DNA of 63,508 bases, the filler included. It is 6 parts of 6 records of this genome, joined end to end, with 100 filler letters (N's around TTAATTAATTAA, not from the genome) between each part and the next. Parts side by side here need not be neighbours in the genome. Positions count along the whole stretch, not along the records: positions 32,777 to 43,793 come from DRR378314_50; 5 more parts are not named here. One strand, written 5' to 3'. Made by a program: the position numbers and the translations under genes. This document shows positions 32,793-42,502 of this stretch, one piece after another. The notes under the pieces are model-generated. The model made no database searches, had not been told where the DNA came from, and saw only the letters and a list, made by a program, of their open reading frames with translations. Every line of letters begins with the position of its first letter. The stretch's first letter is position 1.

Positions 32793-34272
32793 GTGTTGAA
32801 CTCCTTTCTGTATTGGAAAACGAATTTGCCCGCTGGGTCAAAGCCAAGGTCACGCATTTGCGTGCCAGAATATCTGTGGGATCCAACATGGGCGGTAGTC
32901 CTGAATTCGTTCCCGGGGCAATCAGAGGAAGCTCGGTGCAACCCAGGATGAGCACATCGGCACCACGTTCTGAGAGATGTTGGCAGGCAGCAAACAATTG
33001 TTCCCGACAGTGGCCTTCGGTATGCCCGGCTTTCACCCCCTCGTCGCCGTAGATGGCGTCCATGACCTGTGCCTGGTAGTCGGGTTCCGGTGTCATCAGC
33101 TTAAGTCCAACCGCTTCGGCAGATTTGTGATATAGGCGGCTTTGCACAGTTCCATTTGTGGCAAGTAATCCGATTTTTGAGGCGCCAGGATAAGTATCTT
33201 GAATAGTTGCGATGGTTTCTGACAGCATGCTGACGATCAGGATATCCACATGCCGCTGGATCCTGTCCAAATAGGCATGCGCAGTGTTGCACGGGATCGC
33301 AATAATGTTTGCTCCTGCCCGCTCAAGTTTCTTGCAAGTAGCATACAGTGCCACAGTAGGATCTTTTCCATCCCCTGAAAGATTTTCTGTACGGTCGGGG
33401 ATTTGCGGATTCTGCTCTACCACCACCTTGATGTGGTCCTGGTCGCATTGTGCGTGTGTATTTTGCACAATCCGGGAAACAAAATCGACAGTTGCTGCGG
33501 GGCCAACGCCGCCAACCACTCCAACCTTGAAAGGCATGGTTCCACCACCACGGGAAACCCCAGCAGCATATTCAGCAAAGATCTGATTGCAATTCAGGAC
33601 GCGGAAACTGTGTTCTTCAAACAGGGAGCTCATTTGAGCCGGAATATCCGTAAAACCGGATAGGATAACATCTGCGCCTCTGGACATCAGATGCGTACAG
33701 GCATTGATAATCGCAACTTGTGCTTCCGGAGAAGAGTGCCCGGACTTCAATCCTTCAGGCCCGTATATCGCCTGCACCAGCGCTTTTTCGTGTGCCTGTT
33801 CAGGGTACAAAATTTGGTGGTCCGGTGCGAGCAGCCGGTCGAGGTATCCTGTCTTGCGCACGAACGGAGAGGTCAACACACCGACACTCATGGGAACTTG
33901 TCTTGAAAGGTAGTCGCCAATGGCCTCTCCAATGCCAATAATTCGCAATCCCACTTCGGGAATGATTTCGTCCAGAAAGGTCTGTGAAAGGAAACAAGGC
34001 ACTAAAGCGAGATCACGCGCGTCCAGTTCCATTTGACGTGCCATTTCATAGACGTAGAGCTTTCGGCTGGTAGCGGCGTATTGCGTGTCAAAAGGCTTAA
34101 CAGCTTCTTGAAAAGGATGTTGTACGAAACTGATGTCGATGTGTTGCCCGTCGGAAGTGTCTGGTGTTGCGCGGATGATCCTTTGCAGGATATCCGCGCC
34201 GGCGATGACTCCTAGTCCACCAATCAGGCCCAATTTTGGCTGGGAGGCTTTTACGGATTGGCTAACTGACAT
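32785..34272 (-). CDS. Asp/Glu racemase family protein with two tandem racemase units
   Basis: Unit 1: GLIGGLG, PCFLS, GFTDIP. Unit 2: GVVGGVGP, PCNTAH, GCTELP. Confidence 0.9.
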   Translation of the reverse strand: MSVSQSVKASQPKLGLIGGLGVIAGADILQRIIRATPDTSDGQHIDISFVQHPFQEAVKPFDTQYAATSRKLYVYEMARQMELDARDLALVPCFLSQTFLDEIIPEVGLRIIGIGEAIGDYLSRQVPMSVGVLTSPFVRKTGYLDRLLAPDHQILYPEQAHEKALVQAIYGPEGLKSGHSSPEAQVAIINACTHLMSRGADVILSGFTDIPAQMSSLFEEHSFRVLNCNQIFAEYAAGVSRGGGTMPFKVGVVGGVGPAATVDFVSRIVQNTHAQCDQDHIKVVVEQNPQIPDRTENLSGDGKDPTVALYATCKKLERAGANIIAIPCNTAHAYLDRIQRHVDILIVSMLSETIATIQDTYPGASKIGLLATNGTVQSRLYHKSAEAVGLKLMTPEPDYQAQVMDAIYGDEGVKAGHTEGHCREQLFAACQHLSERGADVLILGCTELPLIAPGTNSGLPPMLDPTDILARKCVTLALTQRANSFSNTERSSTHV

Positions 34273-34279
34273 TTTTTTC

Positions 34280-35389
34280 TCAGTGACCAGTCTTCAGTTT
34301 CTTTTCCAACCGCAGCGAATACCGTGACATCGAAAAGCAGAACATAAAGAAGACAAAGGCAACAAAGACATAAGCCTCAATCTCCAGTCCGAGCCAATTG
34401 GCGTCTTGGGTCGAATTGACGACAATAAGCAGAAAGTCAAAAAGACCGATGATCGACACCAGCGTTGTGTCCTTAAACGCTCCGATAAAGAGATTGACGA
34501 TCCCTGGCAGAACGGTTTTTAGAACCTGCGGCATGATCACCAAGCGGATCTTTTGGAAATAACCCAACCCCATGGCGTCGGCGGCCTCATATTGGCCAGC
34601 GGGTATTGCTTGTAGTCCTCCACGGATCACCTCAGCCATATAAGCAGCAGAAAACAGCACCAGCCCGATGGTCACGCGCAAAACGTTGTCGATATCCAAC
34701 CCGGGAGGCAGGACAAAAGGAAGCATAAATTGGGCCATAAACAGGATGGTGATCAGTGGGACTGCCCGGACACCTTCGATGAAGCAGATACAGACGAAAC
34801 GTAATATCGGCAGTTTTGATACTCTACCCAGTGCGAATAGTATGCCCAACGGAAGCGAAAGAACGATCCCGATTGTGGCCAGGAAGACCGTAAGGAACAG
34901 GCCGCCCATGTCGCTGCTTGGCACCTCTCCCAAGGTTATCCCCCCAAAGAAAAGGTCAAAAGCGATCAGAGGATATCCGAAAATCATTGCCCGAACGGCA
35001 ATACTACGCTGTTTCTTTTGGCCAAACAGAATAAAGCCGAGCCCAACTATATAAAGCGCCGTGCCAAGGTTGATCCGCCAGCGCTCATCCGGATCATAAA
35101 ATCCATAAATTATCTGTCCGAAACGCCGCACGATCATTGCCCAGCAGGCCCCGTCTCCTTTTTCTCGGCATTCAGCTGCGCTGCCAGCATCAAAAACAGC
35201 TGAGAAAAGGGCCCAATCCAGAAAGCGCGGGAGCAAGACCGCGGCAATGGCAATGATCGCAAGGCTGGCAATCGAATCGTACCAAGTGCTGAAGAACCAG
35301 CGGCGCAGCCAGTGTATCTCCTGATTCTCCGGCGGCGGCAGCGCTGGTGCGTCTTTAGTGCGGACCCAAGCAAAGTTCAAATCACTCAT
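34280..35389 (-). CDS. Polar amino acid ABC permease (AapM/BztC-like)
   Basis: Motifs GACW, IEGVRAVPLI, AYMAEVIRGGLQ and GQYEAA. Confidence 0.9.
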   Translation of the reverse strand: MSDLNFAWVRTKDAPALPPPENQEIHWLRRWFFSTWYDSIASLAIIAIAAVLLPRFLDWALFSAVFDAGSAAECREKGDGACWAMIVRRFGQIIYGFYDPDERWRINLGTALYIVGLGFILFGQKKQRSIAVRAMIFGYPLIAFDLFFGGITLGEVPSSDMGGLFLTVFLATIGIVLSLPLGILFALGRVSKLPILRFVCICFIEGVRAVPLITILFMAQFMLPFVLPPGLDIDNVLRVTIGLVLFSAAYMAEVIRGGLQAIPAGQYEAADAMGLGYFQKIRLVIMPQVLKTVLPGIVNLFIGAFKDTTLVSIIGLFDFLLIVVNSTQDANWLGLEIEAYVFVAFVFFMFCFSMSRYSLRLEKKLKTGH

Positions 35390-35392
35390 GGT

Positions 35393-36580
35393 TCAGCGCT
35401 CCATCAGGGCCATACGGCGGTTGTAGATGTTCATCAGGAGTGAAATGGTCAGCGAAATAGTCAGATAAACAGCCATTGTCAGTAGAATTACTTCCACGGA
35501 TTGACCGGTTAGATTCAGGGTAGAGCCTACGAAGACATTAACGAGTTCCGGATAACCCACTGCAATCGCAAGTGATGAATTCTTGACCACGTTGAGATAG
35601 TGGTTGGTGACGGGAGGAATAATCACTCGCATCGCTTGGGGCACTACTATCTTGCTGGTGATACGGCGCGGTTTGAGCCCTAACGCCTGCGCAGCTTCAA
35701 TCTGCCCCTTGCTTACTGCCATGATCCCCGCACGGACATTTTCGGCAATAAAGGCTGCAGCATAAAGCGAAAGCGCGATCCAAAGGGCAAATAGCGACCC
35801 GATTACCTCGATGCCACCTGAAAAGTTGAAGCGCCCAGCTTCAGGGATATCCCAAGTAGTCTTAATACCACCTACGATCCAAATAAGAGCGAAGATCACT
35901 ACAGCAGCGGCAACTGATGCCATGAAAATAGGAAAATCCTGCCCAGTTCGCGCTTTTTTTACTTTAGCAAATACCCACAGCCCAGCAATCGCGGCGGTGG
36001 AAATCCACAACGCGACCAAAAGAAGCCAGCCTTGCCCGCCAAAGTCCGCGAACGGCAGGTTCACACCCCTGTTGTGGATATAGAGTACATCCATCCCAAA
36101 CGGATTAAGAGCAGTGATCTCAGCGCCCTCACGAACACTCGGCAACGCGATCCAGACACCAAAGAACCAAAACAAGATGTGCAGAAGGAGAGGAACATTT
36201 CGTTCGACCTCCACAAAGGCGCTTGCTACCGAGGAAACCAGCACATTGCCGGACATTCGCATCAAACCGAACATGAACCCCAGAACAGTCGCCAGAACAA
36301 TCGACATGGCGGACACCAGCAAGGTGTTCAGGATGCCTATCTTGAGCGCATCCAAATGCGTCGATGTTGCGAAATCGAACGGCAATAGCGAGAAAGAAAT
36401 ATCATACCCGGCGAGATTTCCAAGAAAGCCGAAGCCATACTGAATGCCAAGACGCTCCAGGTTTACGATTGCGTTTCCTGCCAGATAAAACAGGAGAAGT
36501 AGAACAATCACAACGACTAGGACTTGTGAGGAGATGGCCCGGACTCTCGAGTCGCGCCAAAGTATGGAAATACTGTTCAT
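35393..36580 (-). CDS. Polar amino acid ABC permease (AapQ/BztB-like)
   Basis: Motifs GILNTLLV, RNVPLLL, AENVRAGI, GQIEAA and KNSSLA. Confidence 0.9.
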   Translation of the reverse strand: MNSISILWRDSRVRAISSQVLVVVIVLLLLFYLAGNAIVNLERLGIQYGFGFLGNLAGYDISFSLLPFDFATSTHLDALKIGILNTLLVSAMSIVLATVLGFMFGLMRMSGNVLVSSVASAFVEVERNVPLLLHILFWFFGVWIALPSVREGAEITALNPFGMDVLYIHNRGVNLPFADFGGQGWLLLVALWISTAAIAGLWVFAKVKKARTGQDFPIFMASVAAAVVIFALIWIVGGIKTTWDIPEAGRFNFSGGIEVIGSLFALWIALSLYAAAFIAENVRAGIMAVSKGQIEAAQALGLKPRRITSKIVVPQAMRVIIPPVTNHYLNVVKNSSLAIAVGYPELVNVFVGSTLNLTGQSVEVILLTMAVYLTISLTISLLMNIYNRRMALMER

Positions 36581-36596
36581 TTTATTCTCCTAGTCG

Positions 36597-36628
36597 GAAT
36601 GGGCGACCAGGAAGAGTGCCGCCCATTC
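36597..36628 (-). other. Intercistronic hairpin after the binding-protein gene
   Basis: GAATGGGCG...CGCCCATTC inverted repeat; likely mRNA-stabilising or attenuating. Confidence 0.55.
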
Positions 36629-36639
36629 TGTTCCTCAAA

Positions 36640-37635
36640 TCAACGGAACGGCGGCGCGTATTGCAGACCACCATTGGTATAGAGATTGTTCAAGCCACGG
36701 CTTAGGCCAAGCGGTTGCACATTGCGTTCCCACATCTCGCCATAATTTCCGACAGATTTGATCGCCTTATGTGCCCAATCCGCCTCAAGGCCCAATGCGG
36801 AGCCAATATCGCCTTCCACACCGAGCAGACGGCGGACTTCAGGATTGGTTGATGTCGATGCGATCTCGTCCACGTTTTCCTGGGTGATGCCGAACTCTTC
36901 CGCTGCTATGAGCGCATTGCGCACCCAACGGGCAACATCACCCCATTGATCGTCGCCCTGTCGAACATATGGTGCCAGCGGCTCTTTCGAAATGATTTCC
37001 GGCAAAACCATGTGATCCGCAGGTGTGTCAAATGTGGTCATAGCAGCAGCGACTGCGCTCTGGTCACCGGTGAACACATCGCAAGCACCGTCAACGTAGC
37101 CTTTTCTTGCGTCAGAGTTTGAGCCGAAAGACACCGATTTGAAATCTAGGCCGTTGGCACGGAAGTAATCTGCGAGAGTTTGCTCGGTGGAGGACGCAGT
37201 GGCCAAGCAAATAGAAGCACCGCTCAGGTCGTTAACACTTTTCACGCCTAGACTGGAACGGACGATGAAACCTTGACCATCGTAATACATCGTACCGATG
37301 TAATCGACTGCCTGCGTCGTATCGCGCATCACCGACCAGGTAGTGTTCCGCGAGACGATGTCTACCTCGCCTGATTGAAGGATTGTGAACCGATTCTTGG
37401 CGCTGACCGGAGTGTATTCAACCTTCGAAGCATCACCCAGCACTGCTGCGGCCACGGCACCGCAGTAGTCGACGTCAAAACCTTTCCAGGTGCCAGCGTC
37501 ATCAGTTGCCGAAAACCCCGGAAAGCCACTGTTTATGGCGCATTTCAAAGTACCATTGGCCTGAACGTTCTCAAGGGTGCCGGCACCCGCCGCGCCTGCG
37601 GCTATGACAGCAATTGCTGCAAACAAGTATTTCAT
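36640..37635 (-). CDS. Amino acid ABC substrate-binding protein (AapJ/BztA-like)
   Basis: Signal peptide plus GFDVDYC, SRNTTW, YYDGQG, ISKEPL and VGNYGE. Confidence 0.92.
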   Translation of the reverse strand: MKYLFAAIAVIAAGAAGAGTLENVQANGTLKCAINSGFPGFSATDDAGTWKGFDVDYCGAVAAAVLGDASKVEYTPVSAKNRFTILQSGEVDIVSRNTTWSVMRDTTQAVDYIGTMYYDGQGFIVRSSLGVKSVNDLSGASICLATASSTEQTLADYFRANGLDFKSVSFGSNSDARKGYVDGACDVFTGDQSAVAAAMTTFDTPADHMVLPEIISKEPLAPYVRQGDDQWGDVARWVRNALIAAEEFGITQENVDEIASTSTNPEVRRLLGVEGDIGSALGLEADWAHKAIKSVGNYGEMWERNVQPLGLSRGLNNLYTNGGLQYAPPFR

Positions 37636-37651
37636 GTTTTCCTCCTTGGAT

Positions 37652-38728
37652 TTAGTTTTGCCGCTTTGCTACGGCGTTAAGAATATGATCGTGAGGCAAG
37701 GCGTAGACCGTTCTCCCCTCAAAGCCTGTCGTGGTTTCGGCTGTGCAAAGAGAGTCGAGAATTGCTTCTTCTGTGGCTTCGACGGCGGCATGGAACAATG
37801 GGTCCATCTTGCGCGCTGGAATTGAAGAAATCCCCACAGACGGTTCTTCCGACAAAACGTCAATTATGTTTCCCGTGGAAAACGCGATGGCAAAATCACC
37901 GCTGCCGCTATTAGCCATGGCACCGGTCCGTCCTAACCCCAATACTGCCCGCCGACTGAGAGCGTTGCATTGCTGTGGTAGCAGTGGTGCATCCGTGGCG
38001 ATAATAATGACGATGGACCCATCTTCACCGGGCAACACTCTTTTCCGCTCAGGTATTGGCACCATTTTGTGCGATATTTCGCGGCCCAGATGGATACCGT
38101 CCACTACAAGGTTTCGCCTATCCCCGAAATTGGACTGCGCCAGAACTCCAAGCGTGTAGGCTTGCCCTGCCACCTCTATTTGGCGCGACGAGGTGCCAAT
38201 GCCGGACTTGAAATCGTAGGTGCACATTCCGGTGCCCCCGCCGACGCATCCCTCCTCAACGGGACCCCGCTTAGCGGCTTGAATCACTTGCGCGGCATGT
38301 TCAGGAAGGATAGCCCCCGACATCGGGTCACTGATCCATCCATCCCAGGTTTCACCAACCACGTGATGGGTATAACCATGAGCCGCAGTGTCCGGGCAGA
38401 TGGCATTTAACCCTTGCACCAGAGCGCCAACCCCAAAGTAGGAAGTTAGCAGGATTGGCCCGTTTACAAGGCCACTCTCTTGCAACCAGTCCCGGCCAAT
38501 AACCTGTCCGTAGCCGTTCAGAACATGTGAGCCGCCAAATCTGGCTTTCAGCCACAGATCATCGGGTGGGCAATGAAGAATAGCGGTCGCGCCTGTGCAG
38601 ATACCGCCATCCTTAAGGGTAATATGACCAACTGATACGCCGGGAACATCCGTGATGGCATTGTTAACTCCTGGCGGCAGGAAACCTGGTGCAACTCCCA
38701 AGTCACGAATTCGAATTGCCGATGGCAT
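37652..38728 (-). CDS. DmpA/P1 (S58) family aminopeptidase
   Basis: NAITDVPGV, EEGCVGGGTGM, G|SIVIIIATDAP autoproteolysis site, SGDFAIAFST. Confidence 0.9.
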   Translation of the reverse strand: MPSAIRIRDLGVAPGFLPPGVNNAITDVPGVSVGHITLKDGGICTGATAILHCPPDDLWLKARFGGSHVLNGYGQVIGRDWLQESGLVNGPILLTSYFGVGALVQGLNAICPDTAAHGYTHHVVGETWDGWISDPMSGAILPEHAAQVIQAAKRGPVEEGCVGGGTGMCTYDFKSGIGTSSRQIEVAGQAYTLGVLAQSNFGDRRNLVVDGIHLGREISHKMVPIPERKRVLPGEDGSIVIIIATDAPLLPQQCNALSRRAVLGLGRTGAMANSGSGDFAIAFSTGNIIDVLSEEPSVGISSIPARKMDPLFHAAVEATEEAILDSLCTAETTTGFEGRTVYALPHDHILNAVAKRQN

Positions 38729-38795
38729 CAGTTCCTACCCTCTCACTTTGCGCATGTGGTAAGCAAGGCTACGCAGAGGGTAATCGCCGCGTCCA

Positions 38796-38830
38796 ATTCT
38801 GATTTGGATTTCGCTATTCCAATATAGAAT
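38796..38830. promoter_or_regulatory. Tandem LysR-type boxes upstream of the dmpA-like operon
   Basis: Perfect ATTC-N7-GAAT (38816-38830, T-N11-A) plus degenerate ATTC-N7-GATT (38796-38810). Confidence 0.6.
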
Positions 38831-38842
38831 GACTAAACAAGA

Positions 38843-39751
38843 TCAGCCAACTAAAGATGAATCTAAGTTCCCCCAAATACGTTGCACCAGCCGGCTTTCT
38901 ACTTCTTTCAACCCATAAACCCTGACTTCAAGCTGTTCGAACCAAGCCTCTGACCCGGCAAGCACCAAATTACCGGTTTCCAATTCAGACTGCACTGAAG
39001 AATACGGCAGCCAAGCAATACCTTGCCCCATAAGCACACAGTTTTTTAAAACCTCGACTGTGGGGCTTTCAGCAATCGTCCGGCATTGTCCTGCATCAAA
39101 GTTATTCCGACGGAAAATCATGTCTTCGACTCGTGCCAGAAACCCGTCACGGGAATATCTAAGAAGCCGGACATCGTCAGGTTTTCCAGAAGCGAGGATC
39201 GAGGGCGGCCCATTTGAATATGCAAGAGTGACCGGCACGAACATCTCTGCTGCGAGGACCCGAGAATGGAACTTGCTCTTGTCGTACAGGGAGGGCAGCG
39301 ATGGATGAGAATATTGAAGAACTAGATCCACTTCCCTGTCCCCAAGTGCTTGAACCATCGTGTAAAAGTTTTGTGTTTTTAGACTAAAGCTGAAGTCACC
39401 GCAGGTGTCTTTAAGTTCTGCGAGCCACCGAGGAGCAAACAGCATCAGTAGTGTCGTCGCTCCTAGAATCCGCAGTTCGACTTCTCTGGAACTGTAAGAA
39501 GTACGCAACCGACCCCGCTCGGAGATCATCGCATTCAGTGTGGTTTGAGCTATTTCGCGGAATTCCGTGCCTGCTGGTGTCAGGACAGCAGGGAAAGTAC
39601 GCCGGTCGATCAATTCAGTACCTAACCAGTTTTCCAACGACTTGATGCGTTTGCTGAATGCTGACTGGGTCATGTTTCTTTGAGCTGCCGATACCGAAAA
39701 GTTACCGTTATTTGCCAGTACCATAAAGTCCTCAAGCCAAGACAGTTCCAT
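38843..39751 (-). CDS. LysR family transcriptional regulator
   Basis: MELSWLEDF...NFSVSAAQRNMTQSAFSKRIKSLE wHTH; resembles the HypT/YjiE subgroup. Confidence 0.9.
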   Translation of the reverse strand: MELSWLEDFMVLANNGNFSVSAAQRNMTQSAFSKRIKSLENWLGTELIDRRTFPAVLTPAGTEFREIAQTTLNAMISERGRLRTSYSSREVELRILGATTLLMLFAPRWLAELKDTCGDFSFSLKTQNFYTMVQALGDREVDLVLQYSHPSLPSLYDKSKFHSRVLAAEMFVPVTLAYSNGPPSILASGKPDDVRLLRYSRDGFLARVEDMIFRRNNFDAGQCRTIAESPTVEVLKNCVLMGQGIAWLPYSSVQSELETGNLVLAGSEAWFEQLEVRVYGLKEVESRLVQRIWGNLDSSLVG

Positions 39752-40292
39752 CAGCGCCACCAATTTATCTCATTCCTTTGCACCATACATTGATGGGCAC
39801 CGATAGACAGTCGTCGGCCAACGGTTTTGCTGCAAAGTTTGCGACATGTGTAGACGCCCAAAACCCCCGAAAATCCGCCATTTCCTTCAACAAACTGAAA
39901 AGAGCTTGGCGCCAAAAAAACTGGCGCAGATCGCACTCGAAGATCAAAAAGGTACACGCACTGCATTCATTAGATCACTTTCTGTGTCCGTAACACACTG
40001 TTTTTCAACAGAATGGGGCAGAGTTTGCTCATTCTCCGCACCCACGAAAAACTGAAGCCTGACGCCGAAAGGTGACGCTGAGATTGTCGGAATTGCGGAC
40101 AGTTTTCCGCAACGCCGAAAGTCGAGTTCGCGCCCAATTCAGTCATTAGAATAAGCGATTCAAAAGGGGCAAATTCAAGTCCCTGAGTTTGAGCCGATTT
40201 TACGAATCTTGAATATGTGCCATTCTCAACTTTGGCGATACCAGTCAAACTTGGATTTAGACTTGGTGCCTGTGGCCTGGGAGGAGCCAGTT

Positions 40293-41693
40293 ATGAACTT
40301 GAGACCTGACCCAACTTTTCACGCAACTCCGAAACTCGCTATGGAAGCGCCTGCGGAAACGCTGGCCTTTACGTTGATGCTGAGCCCTGACGGTTCCGAG
40401 CCTGATGGCCTGGCCGTCATAGATGTTGATCCGAAATCCGAGACGTACAGCCAGATCGTCCACAAGCTTATGATGCCCAACACGGGGGACGAGTTTCATC
40501 ATTTTGGCTGGAACGCGTGTTCTTCTGCGCTCTCACCCTTGACCGGACACGCGTTTTTGGAACGGCGGTACCTCATCATACCGGGGATCCGGTCCTCGCG
40601 CATCTACGTGATTGACGTAAAGGAACCTCTTAAGGCAAAAATTCACAAGATCATCGAACCGGAAGAGGTTCTGGCAAAAACGGGTTATTCCCGCCCACAC
40701 ACAATCCACTGCGGTCCCGAAGGGATTTATGTTTCGACGCTCGGAGGCGGCGGTGCGGACGGCACGGATGGTCCTCCGGGTATATTCATCATGGATTGTG
40801 AAACCTTTGAGATTTTAGGCCGCTATGAAATGGACCGAGGTGAACAAGATAAACACTACGACTTCTGGTGGAATCTCCCACGCGATTACATGGTAAGCTC
40901 GGAATGGGGGCTGCCACCGCAGTTCGAAAACGGGATTGTGGCTGAGGACTTGTTGTCCAACAAATATGGTCACAAGATCCATTTCTGGAACCTGCGCGAG
41001 CGCCGCAACGTCCAAACCATCGATCTGGGCGAAAACCACCAGATGGCTTTAGAAATCCGACCCGCTCATGATCCGGCAAAGGATTATGGCTTCTGCGGCG
41101 TCGTCGTGGACACCACAAACCTACAAGGTGCGATTTTCACGTGGTGGCGGAAAGATGACGGAACCTTCGAGGCGAAGAAAACCATCACGATTGATCCGCG
41201 ACCAGAGAAGGCCGAGAACCTTCCGCCTCTGCTGCAGGGATTTGAGGCCGTACCTCCATTGGTGACCGATATCGACCTGAGTTTGGACGACAAGTACCTC
41301 TACGTCGCCTGCTGGGGTCAGGGTGAAATGCATCAGTACGATGTGTCCGACCCGATGAACCCCAAGCTGACCGGCAAGGTCGAGCTTGGCGGGATCGCGC
41401 GCGGAGCAAAACATCCGAACGGCAAGAGTTTCGCCTACGGCCCCCAGATGGTCGAGATCAGCCGGGACGGCAAACGGGTTTACTGGACCAACTCGCTGTA
41501 TTCGACGTGGGATGATCAATTTTACCCTGATGATGAGGGCGGACAAATGGTTATGGCCAATGTCGGGGAAAACGGCGGTCTGGAGCTGGACCAGGATTTC
41601 TATGTCGAGTTCCCCAAAGGCTATCGAAGCCACCAGATCCGCTTGGAAGGCGGAGACTGCTCAACCGACAGCTTCTGTTACCCGTCGGTCTGA
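40293..41693 (+). CDS. 56-kDa selenium-binding protein family (SELENBP1 / methanethiol oxidase-like)
   Basis: Motifs DEFHHFGWNACSS, PHTIHC, YDFWW, SSEWG, GPQMVEIS, TNSLYSTWDDQFYP and GGDCSTD; GGAGGAG RBS; no signal peptide. Confidence 0.92.
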   Translation: MNLRPDPTFHATPKLAMEAPAETLAFTLMLSPDGSEPDGLAVIDVDPKSETYSQIVHKLMMPNTGDEFHHFGWNACSSALSPLTGHAFLERRYLIIPGIRSSRIYVIDVKEPLKAKIHKIIEPEEVLAKTGYSRPHTIHCGPEGIYVSTLGGGGADGTDGPPGIFIMDCETFEILGRYEMDRGEQDKHYDFWWNLPRDYMVSSEWGLPPQFENGIVAEDLLSNKYGHKIHFWNLRERRNVQTIDLGENHQMALEIRPAHDPAKDYGFCGVVVDTTNLQGAIFTWWRKDDGTFEAKKTITIDPRPEKAENLPPLLQGFEAVPPLVTDIDLSLDDKYLYVACWGQGEMHQYDVSDPMNPKLTGKVELGGIARGAKHPNGKSFAYGPQMVEISRDGKRVYWTNSLYSTWDDQFYPDDEGGQMVMANVGENGGLELDQDFYVEFPKGYRSHQIRLEGGDCSTDSFCYPSV

Positions 41694-41696
41694 CGT

Positions 41697-42365
41697 GTGG
41701 AAGGAATAGACACGGCAACTGCCCTTTGGTGGGCTGTTGTCGCCTCGGGCATTTATCACGGGGTCAATCCGGGTATGGGTTGGCCCCTGGCAGTGTCTGC
41801 GGCGCTGATGGACAAAAGCCCGTACAGCCTGTTCAAAGCGTTGATCGCGCTGGCGGTCGGGCATCTGGTTGCGATGGGTGCCATTCTTTTTCCCTTTACC
41901 GCGCTGCTTTTTCTGGCCGAATGGCAGCGTGAAATTCAGATTGGCGCGGCATTTCTTGTGATCGGGCTTGGCGTCTATCTTTTGTTCAACCGCCGCCATC
42001 CACGATTTCTTGCGCGCGTACCACCATCGCGGCTTGCGCTTTGGTCGTTCCTTGCGGCGATGGCGCATGGTGCGGGCCTGATGTTGGTTCCAATCTATCT
42101 TGGGATCTGTCGTACGATCACCACTGACGCAGGCCATGCGGCGGCCTCCAATCTGATGACTGGCAACGCCCAAATCGCTGTTGGTGTCGCCTTGGCTCAC
42201 ACCTTGGCCATGACAATCTCAGGTGGTTTGCTTGCGTTCGGTGTTTACCAATGGCTGGGCCTTAAGTTCCTCTCAAGGAGTTGGTTCAACCTGGACATAC
42301 TTTGGGCACTGAGCTTGATTCTTGTGGGATCGATTTCGTTGCTGTTCGTTCATCTGGCGGGCTAA
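41697..42365 (+). CDS. Uncharacterised membrane protein co-transcribed with the SBP56 gene
   Basis: About 6 TM segments with His-containing motifs HGVNPGMGW, GH, AHGAG and AHT; starts 3 nt after the SBP56 stop. Confidence 0.8.
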   Translation: MEGIDTATALWWAVVASGIYHGVNPGMGWPLAVSAALMDKSPYSLFKALIALAVGHLVAMGAILFPFTALLFLAEWQREIQIGAAFLVIGLGVYLLFNRRHPRFLARVPPSRLALWSFLAAMAHGAGLMLVPIYLGICRTITTDAGHAAASNLMTGNAQIAVGVALAHTLAMTISGGLLAFGVYQWLGLKFLSRSWFNLDILWALSLILVGSISLLFVHLAG

Positions 42366-42502
42366 TTGGAATGCAGGGCCGAGTAGGCCGCAGAGCAATC
42401 GTTCAGCTCACACACCTGCGAACAGTTGCTTTGTCCGCTCTTTGGATTTCCGTCCGTCTTCCAGCTTCGCTGGCGCAGCGAATATTTTGTGTGGATGTCT
42501 CC

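Noticed and set aside
40293-41693. Selenocysteine recoding in the selenium-binding protein
   Set aside because: No in-frame TGA within the ORF; the terminal TGA falls at the normal family C-terminus
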